A stretch of DNA of 54,465 nt, taken from the NCBI GenBank assembly GCA_005798285.1, contig SYKE01000199.1:1-54465 (forward strand). The letters are read 5' to 3'. The translations under genes were made by a program, and so were the position numbers. The DNA comes from Actinomycetota bacterium (GTDB lineage Bacteria; Armatimonadota; SYMT01). Shown one piece after another: positions 27,824-35,510 of the stretch. The first letter of the stretch is position 1. Every line of letters begins with the position of its first letter. The notes under the pieces were generated by a model. The model did not search any database and had not been told where the DNA came from. It worked only from the letters and a program-made list of their open reading frames with translations.

Positions 27824-28819
27824 ATGCCCCACGCGGTGGCCGTTCTCGGGGCCGGGAGCTGGGGGACGGCGCTCGCCTGGATTCTGGCCCGATGCGGAGG
27901 CGATGTTCGGCTCTGGTGCCGCCGGGAGGAACAGGCGGCGCAGATCCGCGCCGAGCGCCTCAATCGGCAGTACCTGCCTCAGTTGCAACTGCCGGACTCC
28001 ATCACGGCGACCCACGATCTCGCGCTCGCAGCCATCGGGGCTGACCTGGTGGTGGTCGCCTGCCCGACCGCGTCCGTCCGCGCCACCCTGCGGGCGCTCG
28101 TCGAGGCGGCCGGCGTCCCTCCGGGGATCACGCTGGCCGCGAAGGGTCTGGAGCGAGACACCGGCATGCGCCTGAGCGAGGTCGCGATCGAAGAGTTGGG
28201 TCCGGCGCCGCGCCTCGCGGTGTTGTCGGGCCCGAACCTCGCCGGAGAGATTGTTCGGGAGATCCCCTCCGCCACCGTCATCGCCAGCCACGATCCGGAT
28301 TGGGCACGCAGGCTCCAGTCCCGGTTTGCGACGCCCTTCTTCCGGGTGTACACCAACAGCGACGTGGCGGGAGTGGAACTGGGAGGGGCGCTCAAGAATC
28401 CCATCGCCATCGCGGCGGGGATCTCGGACGGTCTCGGCTTCGGCGCCAACACGCGGGCCACGCTGCTCACGCGCGGGCTGGCCGAGATCACCCGTCTCGG
28501 AGAGGCGGCGGGCGGCAGGGCGGAGACCTTTCGCGGTCTCTCCGGCCTCGGCGACCTGATGGCGACGGCGGGGAGCCCCCTCAGCCGGAACTATCGACTG
28601 GGCATGGCGCTCGGTTCGGGCGTTCCGCTGGCCGAGGCGCTGGCCTCGCTCCACCAGGTGGCGGAGGGGGTGCCCACCACCACGGCGGCGGTTCGGCTTG
28701 CGGCGTCGCTGAACGTCGACATCCCGCTCCTCACAGAGCTTCATGCGCTGTTCTGGGAACATCGACCGGTGGCTGAAGCCGTTCGCGGTCTCCTCTCGCG
28801 ACCCTATCGAGACGAGTAG
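27824..28819 (+). CDS. gpsA: NAD(P)H-dependent glycerol-3-phosphate dehydrogenase
   Basis: ATG at 27824 gives MPHAVAVLGAGSWGTALAWILA (Rossmann GxGxxG). NRQYLP, LSGPNLAGEI and GALKNPIAIAAGISDGLGFGANTRATLLTRGLAEITRLG are GpsA signatures. Confidence 0.9.
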   Translation: MPHAVAVLGAGSWGTALAWILARCGGDVRLWCRREEQAAQIRAERLNRQYLPQLQLPDSITATHDLALAAIGADLVVVACPTASVRATLRALVEAAGVPPGITLAAKGLERDTGMRLSEVAIEELGPAPRLAVLSGPNLAGEIVREIPSATVIASHDPDWARRLQSRFATPFFRVYTNSDVAGVELGGALKNPIAIAAGISDGLGFGANTRATLLTRGLAEITRLGEAAGGRAETFRGLSGLGDLMATAGSPLSRNYRLGMALGSGVPLAEALASLHQVAEGVPTTTAAVRLAASLNVDIPLLTELHALFWEHRPVAEAVRGLLSRPYRDE

Positions 28820-29000
28820 CTGCGACGGTGGTTTTCCGCGTGCCCCGTGCGCGAAAGCACCGGTTCACGGGAGAGGCGAACCCGCAAGCATGAGTCAGTC
28901 GTTGTGGTATCGGGTGGCCAACGATCCCGGCTCCCGTCGGCTATACTGTCTGCGTTCCAGTGTTCCCTGGAACGCATTCCGAAAGTTGGAGAGACGCTTC

Positions 29001-30887
29001 ATGCGGGCACGAACCGCCTCCCCCCGCCCGATTTCACGGGCCCCGCGCTGGCTTGCCGCCGGCATGGTCGTCTGCGCGACCCTCTCCGCGTTCGCGGTAC
29101 AGGCCGCTGCCCGGAACTCCGCGGCTGCGGTTCGGTCGGCAAAGTCCATCGACTTTTCCAGATTGCCGGATGCCACAGGGAAGCGGCGAAGCCTTTCAGA
29201 CTTCAAGGCGAGCAAAGTGGTGGTGCTGTTGTTCCTTGGAACAAAGTGCCCGATCTCCAACAGCTACGCCGAGTCGGTGAGCAAGCTGGCCGACAGCTAC
29301 AGCGGGCGTGGTGTCCAGTTCATCGGGGTGAATTCCATCCTGGAGGACTCCGCCGCCGACGTCGCGGCGCATGCGCGAGAGTTCAAATACGCGTTTCCCG
29401 TGCTGAAAGACTCGGATCAGAAGCTGGCGGATCTGGTCGGCGCCCGGGTGACGCCCGAAGCCTTCGTGCTCGACGCCAACCGGCGAGTTCGCTATCAGGG
29501 CCGGCTGAACGATCAGTTCGCCAGCCGCGTGCAGCGCCGCACCCGCGTGACGCACACCGAGTTGACCGATGCCGTGGAAGCGCTCCTTGCCGGGAAACCG
29601 GTGCTGGTCGCGCAGTCGCAGGCCGTCGGCTGCCCGATCGCGCGGCCCGAGAAGAGCACCTCGGCGAGTCTGGCCGTCTCCTATCATAGGGATGTGGCGC
29701 CGATCCTTCAGGAGCGGTGCCAGAGCTGCCATCGACCCGGCCAGATCGCGCCGTTCTCGCTGACGAGCTTCGCCGACGCGAAGAGCTGGGCGAGCGAGAT
29801 CAAACTCTTCACCGCCAACCGGCAGATGCCGCCCTGGAAGGCGGAGCCCGGCCACGGGGCTTTCCACGGCGTCCGGCGCATGCCCGATGCCGAGATCGCG
29901 ACCCTGGCCCGGTGGGCCGATGCCGGGGCGCCCGAAGGCGACGTTCGGCAGGGGCCGCCCCAGAAGCAGTGGTCCGATAGCTGGTCGCTCGGCACGCCGG
30001 ACCTTGTTCTGACCATGCCGGATACCTACACGGTGGGCGCCAGCGGCGAAGACGACTTCCGCTGCTTCGTGCTTCCCACGGGACTGATGGACGACAGGGA
30101 AGTGGTGGGGGTGGAGATCCGCCCGGGCAACCCCAAAGTGGTTCACCACGTTCTGAATTTCATCGACACCAGCGGCCGCGGTCGGCAGTTGGACGAAAAG
30201 GATTCCGGTCCCGGCTACGCCTCCGGGTTGGGCGGCGTGGGGTTCTTCCCTAGCGGCAGCATGGGCGGCTGGGCCCCCGGCAACTTCCCGCGCTACCTGC
30301 CTCAGGGTGTGGGGATGCCGCTTCCGAAGGGCTCCGACATCGTGATGCAGGTCCATTACCACAAGACCGGCAAGGTGGAGCAGTACAAGACCGCGATCGG
30401 ACTCTACTTCGCCAAGAAGCCGATCGAGAAGCGCTATCGGGTCTGGCCGCTCACGTCACTCGGCATCGACATCCCGCCTGGCGTCGAGCGCCACGAAGTG
30501 AAGGCGAGCATGGTCATTCCGTGGGACACGCACGCGCTGAGCGTGACGCCCCACATGCATCTGCTCGGCCGCGAGATCAAGGTGACCGCGACGTTGCCCG
30601 ACAAGAGCGTGCGGAAGATGATCTGGATCAAGGACTGGGATTACCGCTGGCAAGACACCTACGTCTACCAGGATCCCCTGCCGCTGCCGAAGGGCACGCG
30701 TCTCGATCTGGTCGCCTACTTCGACAACAGCTCCAAGAACCCGCTCAACCCGAGCACGCCACCCAGGCGAGTGACTTTCGGAGAACAAACCACCGACGAA
30801 ATGTGCTTCGCCTTCGTCGGCTTCACGATGGACCAGGAGCTCCCCGGCCAGCAGCCTCGCCTGCTCCGCGGACTCTTCGGCGAATAG
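29001..30887 (+). CDS. Exported fusion protein: thioredoxin/AhpC-TSA-like + CxxCH cytochrome c module + PHM/DBH-like copper monooxygenase fold
   Basis: ATG at 29001 lies 7 nt after GGAGAG (28988-28993). Signal segment WLAAGMVVCATLSAFAVQAAA. Redoxin-like region KVVVLLFLGTKCPISNSY...YAFPVLKDSDQKLADLVGARVTPEAFVLD. Heme motif CQSCH (29718-29732) within ILQERCQSCHRPGQIAPFSL. His/Met series VVHHVLNF, VMQVHYHK, TPHMHLLG and DEMCF. Confidence 0.75.
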   Translation: MRARTASPRPISRAPRWLAAGMVVCATLSAFAVQAAARNSAAAVRSAKSIDFSRLPDATGKRRSLSDFKASKVVVLLFLGTKCPISNSYAESVSKLADSYSGRGVQFIGVNSILEDSAADVAAHAREFKYAFPVLKDSDQKLADLVGARVTPEAFVLDANRRVRYQGRLNDQFASRVQRRTRVTHTELTDAVEALLAGKPVLVAQSQAVGCPIARPEKSTSASLAVSYHRDVAPILQERCQSCHRPGQIAPFSLTSFADAKSWASEIKLFTANRQMPPWKAEPGHGAFHGVRRMPDAEIATLARWADAGAPEGDVRQGPPQKQWSDSWSLGTPDLVLTMPDTYTVGASGEDDFRCFVLPTGLMDDREVVGVEIRPGNPKVVHHVLNFIDTSGRGRQLDEKDSGPGYASGLGGVGFFPSGSMGGWAPGNFPRYLPQGVGMPLPKGSDIVMQVHYHKTGKVEQYKTAIGLYFAKKPIEKRYRVWPLTSLGIDIPPGVERHEVKASMVIPWDTHALSVTPHMHLLGREIKVTATLPDKSVRKMIWIKDWDYRWQDTYVYQDPLPLPKGTRLDLVAYFDNSSKNPLNPSTPPRRVTFGEQTTDEMCFAFVGFTMDQELPGQQPRLLRGLFGE

Positions 30888-30900
30888 CCGCGCCCCACCC

Positions 30901-30929
30901 GTCCGGTGGCCGAAGCTCGGCCACCGGAC
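30901..30929 (+). terminator. GC hairpin after the fusion-protein gene
   Basis: gtccggtggccg (30901-30912) pairs perfectly with cggccaccggac (30918-30929) around a 5-nt loop. It starts 14 nt after the stop. No T-run. Confidence 0.4.
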
Positions 30930-30961
30930 AACCCGCCCCAGGAGCCCGACCCTGGGGCGCC

Positions 30962-30998
30962 CCTGGGATCGCGGGCATCTTGCCCGCTCCGTGCGCGC
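30962..30998. repeat. REP-like hairpin repeat, copy A
   Basis: The 37-nt sequence cctgggatcgcgggcatcttgcccgctccgtgcgcgc is identical to 31879-31915 except at one position. It contains the perfect hairpin gcgggca-tct-tgcccgc (30971-30987). Confidence 0.75.
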
Positions 30999-31878
30999 CA
31001 ACACAGTGACGAAGGCAAGCCTGCGTGAAGCGCACGTTCCCTCACGCGCCGGGCTCGGACTCGTCTTGGCCGCAGCAGTGGCGCCAGTCGTGCGAACTGC
31101 GCAGAGAGCGGGAACCCATTCAGGGTGACGCGGCGCGGAGACCGCGAGGCCGGAGGCATTGTCCGGGCTGGGTTGAGTTTGGGCCGTTGGCCTGCGGATT
31201 GGGCACTCGGCCTGGATCTCGTGGCGCCAGGCGCGAGGCGTTGCCTCGATCCGAGTCACAGTTTCACCGTCTCACTCCGCAATCATCGTCATCCTCGGGC
31301 TTGACCCCGGGGGCTCAGCGACGTAGATGCCGCAAGCAGTTCTCGACCAGCGTGCCTGGCCGAGCCAGCCGGGGCGGTGCGCCAGATCGTTGCGAACGGA
31401 TCCCGGCTCCGTGGAGTGGGAGTACGCGCAGGTCGGCTTCTGCAGGGATGACGAGGTGTTGGTGTTCGTCCGGATGAGTGCAAGACGGAGGTCATCGGCA
31501 CAAATCCTGGGACGTAGCCCCCGGCAGGGATGAGGTTGGGCCGTTGGTCCGTGGACTCGGTACGGATGCCCGGATGTCGCGGCGTGGCGCCTCCGCCGGG
31601 GCGATCTGCGAGATCTGTCCTCGTCGATCGCGGAGTTTCCGGTTGGGCGTACTCTCCACTTGTGGGCCAAACCTCAGGAAAGCCCGCCTCTCGTAGATTG
31701 CCGCGTCGTTCGGCGATTCCCTACCCTGCCCGAGGACGTTTCGAACCCTGGACGAGGCTCTCGCCACCGTGCTTTCCGTCGCACGTCACTCCTCACAATG
31801 CCGTGCACGACGGTTGGGTGGTGGAAACTGGACCTGAGGGAGATCACCACGCCGGTCGTGACGGCGCCCACATCCGCT

Positions 31879-31915
31879 CCTGGGATCGCGGGCATCTTGC
31901 CCGCTCCCTGCGCGC
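31879..31915. repeat. REP-like hairpin repeat, copy B
   Basis: The 37-nt sequence cctgggatcgcgggcatcttgcccgctccctgcgcgc is in the same orientation as copy A. The single mismatch is 31908 c versus 30991 g. Confidence 0.75.
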
Positions 31916-32477
31916 TTGCCCAGCGCCAATTGCCCTGCGCGCGAGAAGCGCGATCGCCGCACCGGGTCAACGACTCACGATCATCACTCCCGCCCTGCAA
32001 ATGAGGTCGCCGCCCGCAGCGCCTGATGCGGGTGTGGCAATGCTCTGAGATCCAGAGACCCTTCCGAGTCTGGAGGATGGAGGCCGCTCCCGTCTCCCCT
32101 AGCCGATCCCATGCGGATGCTCGGGCCGGCCATGAGGCAGAACAATGGTCGCCTCGTATCCGAGCTCGTTCCGGCAGCGTTTGTGATTCGCAGGGTGGAG
32201 CAGGACCGATTCGAACTTCGAGGGTCCGACCGGAAGCAGGGCCGCCCAATTTGATGACTCAGAACCAGGATCGATTTAGAACTGTAGGGACACACCGGGG
32301 TTTCCCGGTGTTCGGTGGGCGGGATGACCGGGCGCGGCCCAGAGGTCCGGCATCCCCGGCCGTTGGCCCTGGGAAGGACGGGTGCAGTCGAGGTCGGTAT
32401 CTGCAGCGCGTCGGGCTGACGGACTGATATCCGGGCCCCCTGGTCTGTCGGGTTCGGACCCGAGTGAGGAGCACCGA

Positions 32478-32984
32478 ATGGAGCCTGAAGAGTTTCAGAC
32501 GGCGCGTCTGGCGCAGCGATTCTGGGCCGCCATGATCGACGGCATCCTCGAATTCATGCTGGTGGCGGCCGGCTATCTTGTCATCCATGGGTCCGAGTTC
32601 GCGGAGCGACTGACCAACTCGTTTGAAACGATAGGCGTGCCGGAGACGGATCTTCGAGCCCCGGTGGTGACAATGCTGTTTTGGCTGCTTTTGCAGGGGT
32701 ATCCTCTTCACCTGCGGGGTCAGACCATCGGGAAGATGGCCATGAAGATTCGAATCGCGGATCTTCGCGGTGGGAAGCCGTCGTTCTGGCGGATTATCTT
32801 CTTGCGGTACGGGGTGGTGGGACTGGTCGGCGTGATCCTGGAGACCTTTGCCGGCGCCCTGGGGCTCATCGCGCTCATTGACGTGATCCCGATCTTCGGC
32901 AAGCAGCGTCGGTGTTTGCACGACTATTTGGCGCGCACCCGAGTCGTCGTGGTTACCGGATCGCTCCGCCCCCTCCGCACGTGA
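32478..32984 (+). CDS. RDD-family membrane protein
   Basis: ATG at 32478 lies 6 nt after GAGGAG (32466-32471). RLAQRFWAAMIDGILEFMLV..., GQTIGKMAMKIRI and the C-terminal RRCLHDYLARTRVV match the RDD-domain pattern. Several TM segments are present. Confidence 0.8.
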   Translation: MEPEEFQTARLAQRFWAAMIDGILEFMLVAAGYLVIHGSEFAERLTNSFETIGVPETDLRAPVVTMLFWLLLQGYPLHLRGQTIGKMAMKIRIADLRGGKPSFWRIIFLRYGVVGLVGVILETFAGALGLIALIDVIPIFGKQRRCLHDYLARTRVVVVTGSLRPLRT

Positions 32985-33078
32985 TGGACTGCAACTCTCC
33001 CGGTTCGCGCCCGACAGGTCTCAATGGCGCCGCCATCTTCGCGGGACACGCCGCCGAAAACTGGGCGGCGTGCTGTCG

Positions 33079-33867
33079 TCAGGGGCTGAGCTGCTGGCCG
33101 CCGGTGACGTTGAGGGCCTGCCCCGTCATATAGCTGCTCTCGTCGGAGGCCAGGAAGACCACCACGTTGGCCACGTCTTCGTAGGTGCAGCCGCGGCCGA
33201 GGGGAACCTGGTCGACGTACTTCTTGCGGACCTCTTCCACCGTCAGGCCCCACTTGCGGGCGTACTGCTCGTAGAGGCTCTGGGTCCACAGGGTGCCGTC
33301 GAGGAGGTTGCCGGGGCAGACGGCGTTGACGCGGACCCCATACGGCGCCAGGTCGAGCGCCAGGCTCTGGGTGAGACCGATGCCGCCGAACTTGCTGGCG
33401 GCGTAGGCAGAGTTGCGGAAGCTGCCCTTTTTGCCGCTCTTCGAGTTGATCTGGATGATCGTTCCTCGCTTCTGAGGCGCCATCACCCGGGCCGCCTCTC
33501 GGGCGCAGAGGAAGTAGCCCGTGAGGTTCACGTCGAGGACGAAGCGCCAGTCGTCGAGCGGGAACTCGGTGATGTCGTGCGCCTTCAACACACCGGCATT
33601 GGCCACCAGAATGTCGAGCCCGCCATGGCGCTCGACGGCGGCGGCGACCATCGTCTGCACGTCGGCTTCCTGGGTGACGTTGGCGCGCACCGATGCCGCC
33701 TCGCCTCCAGCCTCGCGGATGGCGGCGGCGGCGCGCTCGGCGGCCTCGGCGTTCAGATCGGCGATCATGACTCGGGCGCCTTCCGCGGCCAGGCGGCCGG
33801 CCAGCGATTCGCCCAATCCCTGCCCGGCGCCGGTAATCAGCGCACTGCGGCCCTCTAACCGGCGCAT
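33079..33867 (-). CDS. Short-chain dehydrogenase/reductase, sorbitol-6-phosphate 2-dehydrogenase (SrlD/GutD)-like
   Basis: ATG at 33867 gives MRRLEGRSALITGAGQGLGE (TGxxxGxG). NSKSGKKGSFRNSAYAASKFGGIGLTQSLALDLAPYGVRVNAVCPGNLL......QSL..QYA.K.G........Y.DQVPLGRGC...DV......LASDESSYMTGQALNVTGGQ closely parallels SrlD as recalled from memory. Confidence 0.85.
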   Translation of the reverse strand: MRRLEGRSALITGAGQGLGESLAGRLAAEGARVMIADLNAEAAERAAAAIREAGGEAASVRANVTQEADVQTMVAAAVERHGGLDILVANAGVLKAHDITEFPLDDWRFVLDVNLTGYFLCAREAARVMAPQKRGTIIQINSKSGKKGSFRNSAYAASKFGGIGLTQSLALDLAPYGVRVNAVCPGNLLDGTLWTQSLYEQYARKWGLTVEEVRKKYVDQVPLGRGCTYEDVANVVVFLASDESSYMTGQALNVTGGQQLSP

Positions 33868-35510
33868 GGAGTCTCCACCGGCACGCCACCGTAGAGTTTC
33901 AAGAGCGCGGTCTCGGCTTCCGGCGTCCAGTAGCGCCCGTTGAAGAGCACCTCCGCGATCTCGGGATGGCGCTCCGCGAGTTCCTCGACCGTCAGAAGCG
34001 GCAGGTCTTTGCAATGCGGGTAGATCAGGGTCTTGCCGACGAACACGCCTTCGCGCACGGCGTGCAGGCCTTCTTTGAGGGCGGGGAGACCGCCGACGGC
34101 GGCCACGACTCGATCCGTCGCCAGTCCGCCCGCTTCCACTTTGTCGAGCACGTTTTTCAAGTCGGCGATGGAGCTGCCGCTGGTGCCCCACATTCGCACG
34201 CCGCGGCTGGGAACCGCGCCGATGTCGATCCGCGCCTCGGCGCCGACAGCGACGCCGGCGAAGATGTTCATCCCGCCTCCGGGCGCCAACAGGGTGTAGG
34301 CGCGTTCGATCACTTCGGCGTTCGGCACCACGACGCAGATGTCGTCGCAGCCGTGGCCGCCGGTCTCCCGCTTCACCAGGTCATACAGCTCCGAGCCGAG
34401 CGCCCTGGCGTCGAACGTGACGAAGGAGATGCCCATCTCGGCGGCGCGGGCGGCAAAGCGCTGACGCAGGTCATCGAGACGGGCGCCGCCGTTCTGGCTG
34501 ATGATGATCTTGGAGGGCGGGCTCGGAAGCGTCAGGGCGCGCTCGATGTGCATCTGCCCGATGGGGCCGCCCGCGCCGATGAACCAGGCCACGCCGCGCG
34601 GCGCGAGTTCGGCGGTCCGATCCCACCGATACACGTTGCCGGTCGGAAGTCCGGTGTACCAGTGATTGCGGTAGTGGACGCTGCCCACGTCGATCGGGAT
34701 CGGGCCCGTCTCTCCCTGACCCTGGATGGCGAGCACGCCGCCCGGCGCCAGGAGCGTGGCGGCGGCCGTCGCCAGCGTGGGGTTGGGCAGGCCGTAGATG
34801 AGCACGTCGTCGAAGCCGCCGGGATTCTCATCGAGCAGCGCCTTGACCTCGGCTCGGGCTCTGGAAGGGTCGCTCAGCCAGGGATTCGTCATCGCCGTGA
34901 GCGCGGTCACGGTCACCGAGCGGAAGCCGGGGAGTTCGTCCGCCACCTGCTCGATCTGGTACATGTCGAGCAACAGCAGCAGCGCCCGTCCGCCCGGCTT
35001 CAGGCTCTTGCGCGGCTGATAGGCGTAGGAGGCTTCGACACAGGCCCAGGGCTCGCACAGCGCCGCCTGAGCGTGACTCAGCCGATCGGTCACCGGGAGC
35101 AGGTAGCAGCCTTCGTCGCCGTCCAGGATCTCGCGCCCGATGATCTGATACTGGCTGAAGCCGCCCGGCAGCAGGTAGCCGAACGCCATTCCCCGGCCCT
35201 GAAAGTAAACATCCGCCTGAATGAGGTAGCGGCTGCCGACCGGAAACCGCTCGCTCACCGCGGAGCCGGCTTCCACCACGGTCATCGCGGCTTCGTGGCC
35301 CATCACGATCGGCTCGGCCACCATGTCTCGCCCCTGAAGGCGGGGGTGCGCCGGTCCCAGATTCAGGATTTTGATGTCGCTGAAGCAGATGCCGCACGCG
35401 TCGATGCGCACCAGAAGCTCATCCGGTCCCGGCGAGCGAAGCTCTCGTTCGACGAGGGCAAGGGAGTCCAATCCGGAGCCGCTCAGCTCCCAGCACCAGG
35501 TGGAGGCCAT
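33855..35510 (-). CDS. Long (551 aa) medium-chain dehydrogenase/reductase-family protein (zinc-ADH-like)
   Basis: N-terminal GroES-like ADH domain (LLVRIDACGICFSDIKI...GHEAAMTVVEAG). Rossmann segment AWFIGAGGPIGQMHIERAL. There is an insert of roughly 130 aa between the two, plus a C-terminal extension. The stop overlaps the SDR start by 13 nt. Confidence 0.75.
   Translation of the reverse strand: MASTWCWELSGSGLDSLALVERELRSPGPDELLVRIDACGICFSDIKILNLGPAHPRLQGRDMVAEPIVMGHEAAMTVVEAGSAVSERFPVGSRYLIQADVYFQGRGMAFGYLLPGGFSQYQIIGREILDGDEGCYLLPVTDRLSHAQAALCEPWACVEASYAYQPRKSLKPGGRALLLLLDMYQIEQVADELPGFRSVTVTALTAMTNPWLSDPSRARAEVKALLDENPGGFDDVLIYGLPNPTLATAAATLLAPGGVLAIQGQGETGPIPIDVGSVHYRNHWYTGLPTGNVYRWDRTAELAPRGVAWFIGAGGPIGQMHIERALTLPSPPSKIIISQNGGARLDDLRQRFAARAAEMGISFVTFDARALGSELYDLVKRETGGHGCDDICVVVPNAEVIERAYTLLAPGGGMNIFAGVAVGAEARIDIGAVPSRGVRMWGTSGSSIADLKNVLDKVEAGGLATDRVVAAVGGLPALKEGLHAVREGVFVGKTLIYPHCKDLPLLTVEELAERHPEIAEVLFNGRYWTPEAETALLKLYGGVPVETPCAG

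Noticed and set aside
31025-32249. Several 60-190-aa ORFs in the gene-poor tract (for example 31025-31477 +, 31272-31670 -, 31530-32048 +, 31674-32249 -).
   Set aside because: They overlap one another in multiple frames and are Arg/Ser/Pro/Gly-rich. None has a ribosome-binding site or a recognisable motif. Some simply read through the REP-like repeats (..GAGKMPAIPG..). They are treated as non-coding pending a database search.
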